Positions 25,235-40,200 of a stretch of DNA of 64,000 nt are shown here, piece by piece (within the stretch, counting starts at the first letter, position 1; each line of letters opens with the position of its first letter). This DNA comes from the human T2T-CHM13v2.0 reference genome, Homo sapiens. The stretch is from the NCBI RefSeq assembly GCF_009914755.1, contig NC_060932.1. One strand, given 5' to 3'. The notes beneath the pieces are model-generated. The model made no database searches. It had not been told where the DNA came from and was given only the letters and a program-made list of their open reading frames with translations. The translations under genes were made by a program, and so were the position numbers.

Positions 25235-28200
25235 GTAATCTCAGAAACATGTTTATGCTGTATCTACTCAACTAACTGTGCTGAACATTTCTATTGATAG
25301 AGCAGTTTTGAGACCCTCTTCTTTTGGAATCTGCAAGTGGATATTTGGATAGATTTGAGGATTTCGTTGGAAACGGGATTATATATAAAAAGTAGACAGC
25401 AGCATTCTCAGAAACTTCTTTGTGATGTTTGCATCCAGCTCTCAGAGTTGAACATTCCCTTTCATAGAGTAGGTTTGAAACCCTCTTTTTATAGTGTCTG
25501 GAAGCGGGCATTTGGAGCGCTTTCAGGCCTATGCTGAAAAAGGAGATATCTACCTATAGAAACTAGACAGAAGCATTCTGAGAATCACGTTTGTGATGTG
25601 GGTACTCAACTAACAGTGTTGATCCATTCTTTTGATACAGCAGTTTTGAACCACACTTTTTGTAGAATCTGCAAGTGGATATTTGGATAGCTGTGAGGAT
25701 TTCGTTGGAAACGGGAATGTCTTCATAGAAAATTTAGAGAGAAGCATTCTCAGAACCTTGATTGTGATGTGTGTTCTCCACTAACAGAGTTGAACCTTTC
25801 TTTTGACAGAACTGTTCTGAAACATTCTTTTTATAGAATCTGGAAGTGGATATTTGGAAAGCTTTGAGGATTTCGTTGGAAACGGGAATATCTTCAAATA
25901 AAATCTAGCCAGAAGCATTCTAAGAAACATCTTAGGGATGTTTACATTCAAGTCACAGAGTTGAACATTCCCTTTCACAGAGCAGGTTTGAAACAATCTT
26001 CTCGTACTATCTGGCAGTGGACATTTTGAGCTCTTTGGGGCCTATGCTGAAAAAGGAAATATCTTCCGACAAAAACTAGACAGAAGCATTCGCAGAATCA
26101 CGTTTGTGATGTGTGCACTCAACTGTCAGAATTGAACCTTGGTTTGGAGAGAGCACTTTTGAAACACTCTTTTTGTAGAATCTGCAGGTGGATATTTGGC
26201 TAGCTTTGAGGATTTCGTTGGAAACGGTAATGTCTTCAAAGAAAATCTAGACAGAAGCATTCTCAGAAACACCTTCGTGATGTTTGCAATCAAGTCACAG
26301 AGTTGAACCTTCCGTTTCATAGAGCAGGTTGGAAACACACTTTTTGTAGTATCTGGAAGTGGACATTTGGAGGGCTTTGTAGCCTATCTGGAAAAAGGAA
26401 ATATCTTCCCATGAATGCGAGATAGAAGTAATCTCAGAAACATGTTTATGCTGTATCTACTCAACTAACTGTGCTGAACATTTCTATTGATAGAGCAGTT
26501 TTGAGACACTCTTCTTTTGGAATCTGCAAGTGGATATTTGGATAGATTTGAGGATTTCGTTGGAAACGGGATTATATATAAAAAGTAGACAGCAGCATTC
26601 TCAGAAACTTCTTTGTGATGTTTGCATCCAGCTCCCAGAGTTGAACATTCCCTTTCATAGAGTAGGTTTGAAACCCTCTTTTTATAGTGTCTGGAAGCGG
26701 GCATTTGGAGCGCTTTCAGGCCTATGCTGAAAAAGGAAATATCTACCTATAGAAACTAGACAGAAGCATTCTGAGAATCACGTTTGTGATGTGGGTACTC
26801 AACTAACAGTGTTGATCCATTCTTTTGATACAGCAGTTTTGAACCACACTTTTTGTAGAATCTGCAAGTGGATATTTGGATAGCTGTGAGGATTTCGTTG
26901 GAAACGGGAATGTCTTCATAGAAAATTTAGACAGAAGCATTCTCAGAACCTTGATTGTGATGTGTGTTCTCCACTAACAGAGTTGAACCTTTCTTTTGAC
27001 AGAACTGTTCTGAAACATTCTTTTTATAGAATCTGGAAGTGGATATTTGGAAAGCTTTGAGGATTTCGTTGGAAACGGGAATATCTTCAAATCAAATCTA
27101 GCCAGAAGCATTCTAAGAAACAGCTTAGGGATGTTTACATTCAAGTCACAGAGTTGAACATTCCCTTTCACAGAGCAGGTTTGAAACAATCTTCTCGTAC
27201 TATCTGGCAGTGGACATTTTGAGCTCTTTGGGGCCTATGCTGAAAAAGGAAATATCTTCCGACAAAAACTAGACAGAAGCATTCGCAGAATCACGTTTGT
27301 GATGTGTGCACTCAACTGTCAGAATTGAACCTTGGTTTGGACAGAGCACTTTTGAAACACTCTTTTTGTAGAATCTGCAGGTGGATATTTGGCTAGCTTT
27401 GAGGATTTCGTTGGAAACGGTAATGTCTTCAAAGAAAATCTAGACAGAAGCATTCTCAGAAACAACTTCGTGATGTTTGCAATCAAGTCACAGAGTTGAA
27501 CCTTCCGTTTCATAGAGCAGGTTGGAAACACACTTTTTGTAGTATCTGGAAGTGGACATTTGGAGGGCTTTGTAGCCTATCTGGAAAAAGGAAATATCTT
27601 CCCATGAATGCGAGATAGAAGTAATCTCAGAAACATGTTTATGCTGTATCTACTCAACTAACTGTGCTGAACATTTCTATTGATAGAGCAGTTTTGAGAC
27701 ACTCTTCTTTTGGAATCTGCAAGTGGATATTTGGATAGATTTGAGGATTTCGTTGGAAACGGGATTATATATAAAAAGTAGACAGCAGCATTCTCAGAAA
27801 CTTCTTTGTGATGTTTGCATCCAGCTCTCAGAGTTGAACATTCCCTTTCATAGAGTAGGTTTGAAACCCTCTTTTTATAGTGTCTGGAAGCGGGCATTTG
27901 GAGCGCTTTCAGGCCTATGCTTAAAATAGGAAATATCTACGTACAGAAACTAGACAGAAGCATTCTGAGAATCACGTTTGTGATGTGGGTACTCAACTAA
28001 CAGTGTTGATCCATTCTTTTGATACAGCAGTTTTGAACCACACTTTTTGTAGAATCTGCAAGAGGATATTTGGATAGCTGTGAGGATTTCGTTGGAAACG
28101 GGAATGTCTTCAAAGAAAATCTAGACAGAAGCATTCTCAGAAACACCTTCGTGATGTTTGCAATCAAGTCACAGAGTTGAACCTTCCGTTTCATAGAGCA

Positions 28201-31200
28201 GGTTGGAAACACTCTTATTGTAGTATCTGGAAGTGGACATTTGGAGCGCTTTCAGGCCTATGGTGAAAAAGGAAATATCTTCCCATAAAAACGACATAGA
28301 AGCTATCTCAGGAACTTGTTTATGATGCATCTAATCAACTAACAGTGTTGAACCTTTGTACTGACAGAGCACTTTGAAACACTCTTTTTTTGGAATCTGC
28401 AAGTGGATATTTGGATCGCTTTGAGGATTTCGTTGGAAACGGGATGCAATATAAAACGTACACAGCAGCATACTCAGAAAATACTTTGCCATATTTCCAT
28501 TCAAGTCACAGAGTGGAACATTCCCATTCATAGAGCAGGTTGGAAACACTCTTTTTGGAGTATCTGGAAGTGGACATTTGGAGCGCTTTCTGAACTATGG
28601 TGAAAAAGGAAATATCTTCCAATGAAAACAAGACAGAAGCATTCTGAGAAACTTATTTGTGATGTGTGTCCTCAACAAACGGACTTGAACCTTTCGTTTC
28701 ATGCAGTACTTCTGGAACACTCTTTTTGAAGATTCTGCATGCGGATATTTGGATAGCTTTGAGGATTTCGTTGGAAACGGGCTTACATGTAAAAATTAGA
28801 CAGCAGCATTCTCAGAAACTTCTTTGTGGTGTCTGCATTCAAGTCACAGAATTGAACTTCCCCTCACATAGAGCAGTTGTGCAGCACTCTATTTGTAGTA
28901 TCTGGAAGTGGACATTTGGAGGGCTTTGTAGCCTATCTGGAAAAAGGAAATATCTTCCCATGAATGCGAGATAGAAGTAATCTCAGAAACATGTTTATGC
29001 TGTATCTACTCAACTAACTGTGCTGAACATTTCTATTGATAGAGCAGTTTTGAGACCCTCTTCTTTTGGAATCTGCAAGTGGATATTTGGATAGATTTGA
29101 GGATTTCGTTGGAAACGGGATTATATATCAAAAGTAGACAGCAGCATTCTCAGAAACTTCTTTGTGATGTTTGCATCCAGCTCTCAGAGTTGAACATTCC
29201 CTTTCATAGAGTAGGTTTGAAACCCTCTTTTTATAGTGTCTGGAAGCGGGCATTTGGAGCGCTTTCAGGCCTATGCTGAAAAAGGAGATATCTACCTATA
29301 GAAACTAGACAGAAGCATTCTGAGAATCACGTTTGTGATGTGGGTACTCAACTAACAGTGTTGATCCATTCTTTTGATACAGCAGTTTTGAACCACACTT
29401 TTTGTAGAATCTGCAAGTGGATATTTGGATAGCTGTGAGGATTTCGTTGGAAACGGGAATGTCTTCATAGAAAATTTAGACAGAAGCATTCTCAGAACCT
29501 TGATTGTGATGTGTGTTCTCCACTAACAGAGTTGAACCTTTCTTTTGACAGAACTGTTCTGAAACATTCTTTTTATAGAATCTGGAAGTGGATATTTGGA
29601 AAGCTTTGAGGATTTCGTTGGAAACGGGAATATCTTCAAATAAAATCTAGCCAGAAGCATTCTAAGAAACATCTTAGGGATGTTTACATTCAAGTCACAG
29701 AGTTGAACATTCCCTTTCACAGAGCAGGTTTGAAACAATCTTCTCGTACTATCTGGCAGTGGACATTTTGAGCTCTTTGGGGCCTATGCTGAAAAAGGAA
29801 ATATCTTCCGACAAAAACTAGACAGAAGCATTCGCAGAATCACGTTTGTGATGTGTGCACTCAACTGTCAGAATTGAACCTTGGTTTGGAGAGAGCACTT
29901 TTGAAACACTCTTTTTGTAGAATCTGCAGGTGGATATTTGGCTAGCTTTGAGGATTTCGTTGGAAACGGTAATGTCTTCAAAGAAAATCTAGACAGAAGC
30001 ATTCTCAGAAACACCTTCGTGATGTTTGCAATCAAGTCACAGAGTTGAACCTTCCGTTTCATAGAGCAGGTTGGAAACACACTTTTTGTAGTATCTGGAA
30101 GTGGACATTTGGAGGGCTTTGTAGCCTATCTGGAAAAAGGAAATATCTTCCCATGAATGCGAGATAGAAGTAATCTCAGAAACATGTTTATGCTGTATCT
30201 ACTCAACTAACTGTGCTGAACATTTCTATTGATAGAGCAGTTTTGAGACCCTCTTCTTTTGGAATCTGCAAGTGGATATTTGGATAGATTTGAGGATTTC
30301 GTTGGAAACGGGATTATATATAAAAAGTAGACAGCAGCATTCTCAGAAACTTCTTTGTGATGTTTGCATCCAGCTCCCAGAGTTGAACATTCCCTTTCAT
30401 AGAGTAGGTTTGAAACCCTCTTTTTATAGTGTCTGGAAGCGGGCATTTGGAGCGCTTTCAGGCCTATGCTGAAAACGGAAATATCTACCTATAGAAACTA
30501 GACAGAAGCATTCTGAGAATCACGTTTGTGATGTGGGTACTCAACTAACAGTGTTGATCCATTCTTTTGATACAGCAGTTTTGAACCACACTTTTTGTAG
30601 AATCTGCAAGTGGATATTTGGATAGCTGTGAGGATTTCGTTGGAAACGGGAATGTCTTCATAGAAAATTTAGACAGAAGCATTCTCAGAACCTTGATTGT
30701 GATGTGTGTTCTCCACTAACAGAGTTGAACCTTTCTTTTGACAGAACTGTTCTGAAACATTCTTTTTATAGAATCTGGAAGTGGATATTTGGAAAGCTTT
30801 GAGGATTTCGTTGGAAACGGGAATATCTTCAAATCAAATCTAGCCAGAAGCATTCTAAGAAACAGCTTAGGGATGTTTACATTCAAGTCACAGAGTTGAA
30901 CATTCCCTTTCACAGAGCAGGTTTGAAACAATCTTCTCGTACTATCTGGCAGTGGACATTTTGAGCTCTTTGGGGCCTATGCTGAAAAAGGAAATATCTT
31001 CCGACAAAAACTAGACAGAAGCATTCGCAGAATCACGTTTGTGATGTGTGCACTCAACTGTCAGAATTGAACCTTGGTTTGGACAGAGCACTTTTGAAAC
31101 ACTCTTTTTGTAGAATCTGCAGGTGGATATTTGGCTAGCTTTGAGGATTTCGTTGGAAACGGTAATGTCTTCAAAGAAAATCTAGACAGAAGCATTCTCA

Positions 31201-34200
31201 GAAACAACTTCGTGATGTTTGCAATCAAGTCACAGAGTTGAACCTTCCGTTTCATAGAGCAGGTTGGAAACACACTTTTTGTAGTATCTGGAAGTGGACA
31301 TTTGGAGGGCTTTGTAGCCTATCTGGAAAAAGGAAATATCTTCCCATGAATGCGAGATAGAAGTAATCTCAGAAACATGTTTATGCTGTATCTACTCAAC
31401 TAACTGTGCTGAACATTTCTATTGATAGAGCAGTTTTGAGACACTCTTCTTTTGGAATCTGCAAGTGGATATTTGGATAGATTTGAGGATTTCGTTGGAA
31501 ACGGGATTATATATAAAAAGTAGACAGCAGCATTCTCAGAAACTTCTTTGTGATGTTTGCATCCAGCTCTCAGAGTTGAACATTCCCTTTCATAGAGTAG
31601 GTTTGAAACCCTCTTTTTATAGTGTCTGGAAGCGGGCATTTGGAGCGCTTTCAGGCCTATGCTTAAAATAGGAAATATCTACCTACAGAAACTAGACAGA
31701 AGCATTCTGAGAATCACGTTTGTGATGTGGGTACTCAACTAACAGTGTTGATCCATTCTTTTGATACAGCAGTTTTGAACCACACTTTTTGTAGAATCTG
31801 CAAGAGGATATTTGGATAGCTGTGAGGATTTCGTTGGAAACGGGAATGTCTTCAAAGAAAATCTAGACAGAAGCATTCTCAGAAACACCTTCGTGATGTT
31901 TGCAATCAAGTCACAGAGTTGAACCTTCCGTTTCATAGAGCAGGTTGGAAACACTCTTATTGTAGTATCTGGAAGTGGACATTTGGAGCGCTTTCAGGCC
32001 TATGGTGAAAAAGGAAATATCTTCCCATAAAAACGACATAGAAGCTATCTCAGGAACTTGTTTATGATGCATCTAATCAACCAACAGTGTTGAACCTTTG
32101 TACTGACAGAGCACTTTGAAACACTCTTTTTTTGGAATCTGCAAGTGGATATTTGGATCGCTTTGAGGATTTCGTTGGAAACGGGATGCAATATAAAACG
32201 TACACAGCAGCATACTCAGAAAATACTTTGCCATATTTCCATTCAAGTCACAGAGTGGAACATTCCCATTCATAGAGCAGGTTGGAAACACTCTTTTTGG
32301 AGTATCTGGAAGTGGACATTTGGAGCGCTTTCTGAACTATGGTGAAAAAGGAAATATCTTCCAATGAAAACAAGACAGAAGCATTCTGAGAAACTTATTT
32401 GTGATGTGTGTCCTCAACAAACGGACTTGAACCTTTCGTTTCATGCAGTACTTCTGGAACACTCTTTTTGAAGATTCTGCATGCGGATATTTGGATAGCT
32501 TTGAGGATTTCGTTGGAAACGGGCTTACATGTAAAAATTAGACAGCAGCATTCTCAGAAACTTCTTTGTGGTGTCTGCATTCAAGTCACAGAATTGAACT
32601 TCCCCTCACATAGAGCAGTTGTGCAGCACTCTATTTGTAGTATCTGGAAGTGGACATTTGGAGGGCTTTGTAGCCTATCTGGAAAAAGGAAATATCTTCC
32701 CATGAATGCGAGATAGAAGTAATCTCAGAAACATGTTTATGCTGTATCTACTCAACTAACTGTGCTGAACATTTCTATTGATAGAGCAGTTTTGAGACAC
32801 TCTTCTTTTGGAATCTGCAAGTGGATATTTGGATAGATTTGAGGATTTCGTTGGAAACGGGATTATATATAAAAAGTAGACAGCAGCATTCTCAGAAACT
32901 TCTTTGTGATGTTTGCATATAGCTCTCAGAGTTGAACACTCCCTTTCATAGAGTAGGTTTGAAACCCTCTTTTTATAGTGTCTGGAAGCGGGCATTTTGA
33001 GCGCTTTCAGGCCTATGCTTAAAATAGGAAATATCTACCTATAGAAACTAGACAGAAGCATTCTGAGAATCACGTTTGTGATGTGGGTACTCAACTAACA
33101 GTGTTGATCCATTCTTTTGATACAGCAGTTTTGAACCACACTTTTTGTAGAATCTGCAAGAGGATATTTGGATAGCTGTGAGGATTTCGTTGGAAACGGG
33201 AATGTCTTCAAAGAAAATCTAGACAGAAGCATTCTCAGAAACACCTTCGTGATGTTTGCAATCAAGTCACAGAGTTGAACCTTCCGTTTCATACAGCAGG
33301 TTGGAAACACTCTTATTGTAGTATCTGGAAGGGGACATTTGGAGCGCTTTCAGGCCTATGGTGAAAAAGGAAATATCTTCCCATAAAAACGACATAGAAG
33401 CTGTCTCAGGAACTTGTTTATGATGCATCTAATCAACTAACAGTGTTGAACCTTTGTACTGACAGAGCAGTTTGAAACACTCTTTTTTTGGAATCTGCAA
33501 GTGGATATTTGGATCGCTTTGAGGATTTCGTTGGAAACGGGATGCAATATAAAACGTACACAGCAGCATACTCAGAAAATACTTTGCCATATTTCCATTC
33601 AAGTCACAGAGTGGAACATTCCCATTCATAGAGCAGGTTTGAAACACTCTTTTTGGAGTATCTGGAAGTGGACATTTGGAGCGCTTTCTGAACTATGGTG
33701 AAAAAGGAAATATCTTCCAATGAAAACAAGACAGAAGCATTCTGAGAAACTTATTTGTGATGTGTGTCCTCAACAAACGGACTTGAACCTTTCGTTTCAT
33801 GCAGTACTTCTGGAACACTCTTTTTGAAGATTCTGCATGCGGATATTTGGATAGCTTTGAGGATTTCGTTGGAAACGGGCTTACATGTAAAAATTAGACA
33901 GCAGCATTCTCAGAAACTTCTTTGTGGTGTCTGCATTCAAGTCACAGAATTGAACTTCCCCTCACATAGAGCAGTTGTGCAGCACTCTATTTGTAGTATC
34001 TGGAAGTGGACATTTGGAGGGCTTTGTAGCCTATCTGGAAAAAGGAAATATCTTCCCATGAATGCGAGATAGAAGTAATCTCAGAAACATGTTTATGCTG
34101 TATCTACTCAACTAACTGTGCTGAACATTTCTATTGATAGAGCAGTTTTGAGACACTCTTCTTTTGGAATCTGCAAGTGGATATTTGGATAGATTTGAGG

Positions 34201-37200
34201 ATTTCGTTGGAAACGGGATTATATATAAAAAGTAGACAGCAGCATTCTCAGAAACTTCTTTGTGATGTTTGCATCCAGCTCTCAGAGTTGAACATTCCCT
34301 TTCATAGAGTAGGTTTGAAACCCTCTTTTTATAGTGTCTGGAAGCGGGCATTTGGAGCGCTTTCAGGCCTATGCTGAAAAAGGAGATATCTACCTATAGA
34401 AACTAGACAGAAGCATTCTGAGAATCACGTTTGTGATGTGGGTACTCAACTAACAGTGTTGATCCATTCTTTTGATACAGCAGTTTTGAACCACACTTTT
34501 TGTAGAATCTGCAAGTGGATATTTGGATAGCTGTGAGGATTTCGTTGGAAACGGGAATGTCTTCATAGAAAATTTAGAGAGAAGCATTCTCAGAACCTTG
34601 ATTGTGATGTGTGTTCTCCACTAACAGAGTTGAACCTTTCTTTTGACAGAACTGTTCTGAAACATTCTTTTTATAGAATCTGGAAGTGGATATTTGGAAA
34701 GCTTTGAGGATTTCGTTGGAAACGGGAATATCTTCAAATAAAATCTAGCCAGAAGCATTCTAAGAAACATCTTAGGGATGTTTACATTCAAGTCACAGAG
34801 TTGAACATTCCCTTTCACAGAGCAGGTTTGAAACAATCTTCTCGTACTATCTGGCAGTGGACATTTTGAGCTCTTTGGGGCCTATGCTGAAAAAGGAAAT
34901 ATCTTCCGACAAAAACTAGACAGAAGCATTCGCAGAATCACGTTTGTGATGTGTGCACTCAACTGTCAGAATTGAACCTTGGTTTGGAGAGAGCACTTTT
35001 GAAACACTCTTTTTGTAGAATCTGCAGGTGGATATTTGGCTAGCTTTGAGGATTTCGTTGGAAACGGTAATGTCTTCAAAGAAAATCTAGACAGAAGCAT
35101 TCTCAGAAACACCTTCGTGATGTTTGCAATCAAGTCACAGAGTTGAACCTTCCGTTTCATAGAGCAGGTTGGAAACACACTTTTTGTAGTATCTGGAAGT
35201 GGACATTTGGAGGGCTTTGTAGCCTATCTGGAAAAAGGAAATATCTTCCCATGAATGCGAGATAGAAGTAATCTCAGAAACATGTTTATGCTGTATCTAC
35301 TCAACTAACTGTGCTGAACATTTCTATTGATAGAGCAGTTTTGAGACACTCTTCTTTTGGAATCTGCAAGTGGATATTTGGATAGATTTGAGGATTTCGT
35401 TGGAAACGGGATTATATATAAAAAGTAGACAGCAGCATTCTCAGAAACTTCTTTGTGATGTTTGCATCCAGCTCTCAGAGTTGAACATTCCCTTTCATAG
35501 AGTAGGTTTGAAACCCTCTTTTTATAGTGTCTGGAAGCGGGCATTTGGAGCGCTTTCAGGCCTATGCTGAAAAAGGAAATATCTACCTATAGAAACTAGA
35601 CAGAAGCATTCTGAGAATCACGTTTGTGATGTGGGTACTCAACTAACAGTGTTGATCCATTCTTTTGATACAGCAGTTTTGAACCACACTTTTTGTAGAA
35701 TCTGCAAGTGGATATTTGGATAGCTGTGAGGATTTCGTTGGAAACGGGAATGTCTTCATAGAAAATTTAGACAGAAGCATTCTCAGAACCTTGATTGTGA
35801 TGTGTGTTCTCCACTAACAGAGTTGAACCTTTCTTTTGACAGAACTGTTCTGAAACATTCTTTTTATAGAATCTGGAAGTGGATATTTGGAAAGCTTTGA
35901 GGATTTTGTTGGAAACGGGAATATCTTCAAATAAAATCTAGCCAGAAGCATTCTAAGAAACATCTTAGGGATGTTTACATTCAAGTCACAGAGTTGAACA
36001 TTCCCTTTCACAGAGCAGGTTTGAAACAATCTTCTCGTACTATCTGGCAGTGGACATTTTGAGCTCCTTGGGGCCTATGCTGAAAAAGGAAATATCTTCC
36101 GACAAAAACTAGACAGAAGCATTCGCAGAATCACGTTTGTGATGTGTGCACTCAACTGTCAGAATTGAACCTTGGTTTGGACAGAGCACTTTTGAAACAC
36201 TCTTTTTGTAGAATCTGCAGGTGGATATTTGGCTAGCTTTGAGGATTTCGTTGGAAACGGTAATGTCTTCAAAGAAAATCTAGACAGAAGCATTCTCAGA
36301 AACACCTTCGTGATGTTTGCAATCAAGTCACAGAGTTGAACCTTCCGTTTCATAGAGCAGGTTGGAAACACTCTTTTTGTAGTATCTGGAAGTGGACATT
36401 TGGAGGGCTTTGTAGCCTATGTGGAAAAAGGAAATATCTTCCCATGAATGCGAGATAGAAGTAATCTCAGAAACATGTTTATGCTGTATCTACTCAACTA
36501 ACTGTGCTGAACATTTCTATTGATAGAGCAGTTTTGAGACACTCTTCTTTTGGAATCTGCAAGTGGATATTTGGAGAGATTTGAGGATTTCGTTGGAAAC
36601 GGGATTATATATAAAAAGTAGACAGCAGCATTCTCAGAAACTTCTTTGTGATGTTTGCATCCAGCTCTCAGAGTTGAACATTCCCTTTCATAGAGTAGGT
36701 TTGAAACCCTCTTTTTATAGTGTCTGGAAGCGGGCATTTGGAGCGCTTTCAGACCTATGCTTAAAATAGGAAATATCTACCTACAGAAACTAGACAGAAG
36801 CATTCTGAGAATCTCGTTTGTGATGTGGGTACTCAACTAACAGTGTTGATCCATTCTTTTGATACAGCAGTTTTGAACCACACTTTTTGTAGAATCTGCA
36901 AGAGGATATTTGGATAGCTGTGAGGATTTCGTTGGAAACGGGAATGTCTTCAAAGAAAATCTAGACAGAAACATTCTCAGAAACACCTTCGTGATGTTTG
37001 CAATCAAGTCACAGAGTTGAACCTTCCGTTTCATAGAGCAGGTTGGAAACACTCTTATTGTAGTATCTGGAAGTGGACATTTGGAGCGCTTTCAGGCCTA
37101 TGGTGAAAAAGGAAATATCTTCCCATAAAAACGACATAGAAGCTATCTCAGGAACTTGTTTATGATGCATCTAATCAACTAACAGTGTTGAACCTTTGTA

Positions 37201-40200
37201 CTGACAGAGCACTTTGAAACACTCTTTTTTTGGAATCTGCAAGTGGATATTTGGATCGCTTTGAGGATTTCGTTGGAAACGGGATGCAATATAAAACGTA
37301 CACAGCAGCATACTCAGAAAATACTTTGCCATATTTCCATTCAAGTCACAGAGTGGAACATTCCCATTCATAGAGCAGGTTGGAAACACTCTTTTTGGAG
37401 TATCTGGAAGTGGACATTTGGAGCGCTTTCTGAACTATGGTGAAAAAGGAAATATCTTCCAATGAAAACAAGACAGAAGCATTCTGAGAAACTTATTTGT
37501 GATGTGTGTCCTCAACAAACGGACTTGAACCTTTCGTTTCATGCAGTACTTCTGGAACACTCTTTTTGAAGATTCTGCATGCGGATATTTGGATAGCTTT
37601 GAGGATTTCGTTGGAAACGGGCTTACATGTAAAAATTAGACAGCAGCATTCTCAGAAACTTCTTTGTGGTGTCTGCATTCAAGTCACAGAATTGAACTTC
37701 CCCTCACATAGAGCAGTTGTGCAGCACTCTATTTGTAGTATCTGGAAGTGGACATTTGGAGGGCTTTGTAGCCTATCTGGAAAAAGGAAATATCTTCCCA
37801 TGAATGCGAGATAGAAGTAATCTCAGAAACATGTTTATGCTGTATCTACTCAACTAACTGTGCTGAACATTTCTATTGATAGAGCAGTTTTGAGACCCTC
37901 TTCTTTTGGAATCTGCAAGTGGATATTTGGATAGATTTGAGGATTTCGTTGGAAACGGGATTATATATAAAAAGTAGACAGCAGCATTCTCAGAAACTTC
38001 TTTGTGATGTTTGCATCCAGCTCTCAGAGTTGAACATTCCCTTTCATAGAGTAGGTTTGAAACCCTCTTTTTATAGTGTCTGGAAGCGGGCATTTGGAGC
38101 GCTTTCAGGCCTATGCTGAAAAAGGAGATATCTACCTATAGAAACTAGACAGAAGCATTCTGAGAATCACGTTTGTGATGTGGGTACTCAACTAACAGTG
38201 TTGATCCATTCTTTTGATACAGCAGTTTTGAACCACACTTTTTGTAGAATCTGCAAGTGGATATTTGGATAGCTGTGAGGATTTCGTTGGAAACGGGAAT
38301 GTCTTCATAGAAAATTTAGAGAGAAGCATTCTCAGAACCTTGATTGTGATGTGTGTTCTCCACTAACAGAGTTGAACCTTTCTTTTGACAGAACTGTTCT
38401 GAAACATTCTTTTTATAGAATCTGGAAGTGGATATTTGGAAAGCTTTGAGGATTTCGTTGGAAACGGGAATATCTTCAAATAAAATCTAGCCAGAAGCAT
38501 TCTAAGAAACATCTTAGGGATGTTTACATTCAAGTCACAGAGTTGAACATTCCCTTTCACAGAGCAGGTTTGAAACAATCTTCTCGTACTATCTGGCAGT
38601 GGACATTTTGAGCTCTTTGGGGCCTATGCTGAAAAAGGAAATATCTTCCGACAAAAACTAGACAGAAGCATTCGCAGAATCACGTTTGTGATGTGTGCAC
38701 TCAACTGTCAGAATTGAACCTTGGTTTGGAGAGAGCACTTTTGAAACACTCTTTTTGTAGAATCTGCAGGTGGATATTTGGCTAGCTTTGAGGATTTCGT
38801 TGGAAACGGTAATGTCTTCAAAGAAAATCTAGACAGAAGCATTCTCAGAAACACCTTCGTGATGTTTGCAATCAAGTCACAGAGTTGAACCTTCCGTTTC
38901 ATAGAGCAGGTTGGAAACACACTTTTTGTAGTATCTGGAAGTGGACATTTGGAGGGCTTTGTAGCCTATCTGGAAAAAGGAAATATCTTCCCATGAATGC
39001 GAGATAGAAGTAATCTGAGAAACATGTTTATGCTGTATCTACTCAACTAACTGTGCTGAACATTTCTATTGATAGAGCAGTTTTGAGACACTCTTCTTTT
39101 GGAATCTGCAAGTGGATATTTGGATAGATTTGAGGATTTCGTTGGAAACGGGATTATATATAAAAAGTAGACAGCAGCATTCTCAGAAACTTCTTTGTGA
39201 TGTTTGCATCCAGCTCCCAGAGTTGAACATTCCCTTTCATAGAGTAGGTTTGAAACCCTCTTTTTATAGTGTCTGGAAGCGGGCATTTGGAGCGCTTTCA
39301 GGCCTATGCTGAAAACGGAAATATCTACCTATAGAAACTAGACAGAAGCATTCTGAGAATCACGTTTGTGATGTGGGTACTCAACTAACAGTGTTGATCC
39401 ATTCTTTTGATACAGCAGTTTTGAACCACACTTTTTGTAGAATCTGCAAGTGGATATTTGGATAGCTGTGAGGATTTCGTTGGAAACGGGAATGTCTTCA
39501 TAGAAAATTTAGACAGAAGCATTCTCAGAACCTTGATTGTGATGTGTGTTCTCCACTAACAGAGTTGAACCTTTCTTTTGACAGAACTGTTCTGAAACAT
39601 TCTTTTTATAGAATCTGGAAGTGGATATTTGGAAAGCTTTGAGGATTTCGTTGGAAACGGGAATATCTTCAAATCAAATCTAGCCAGAAGCATTCTAAGA
39701 AACAGCTTAGGGATGTTTACATTCAAGTCACAGAGTTGAACATTCCCTTTCACAGAGCAGGTTTGAAACAATCTTCTCGTACTATCTGGCAGTGGACATT
39801 TTGAGCTCTTTGGGGCCTATGCTGAAAAAGGAAATATCTTCCGACAAAAACTAGACAGAAGCATTCGCAGAATCACGTTTGTGATGTGTGCACTCAACTG
39901 TCAGAATTGAACCTTGGTTTGGACAGAGCACTTTTGAAACACTCTTTTTGTAGAATCTGCAGGTGGATATTTGGCTAGCTTTGAGGATTTCGTTGGAAAC
40001 GGTAATGTCTTCAAAGAAAATCTAGACAGAAGCATTCTCAGAAACAACTTCGTGATGTTTGCAATCAAGTCACAGAGTTGAACCTTCCGTTTCATAGAGC
40101 AGGTTGGAAACACACTTTTTGTAGTATCTGGAAGTGGACATTTGGAGGGCTTTGTAGCCTATCTGGAAAAAGGAAATATCTTCCCATGAATGCGAGATAG

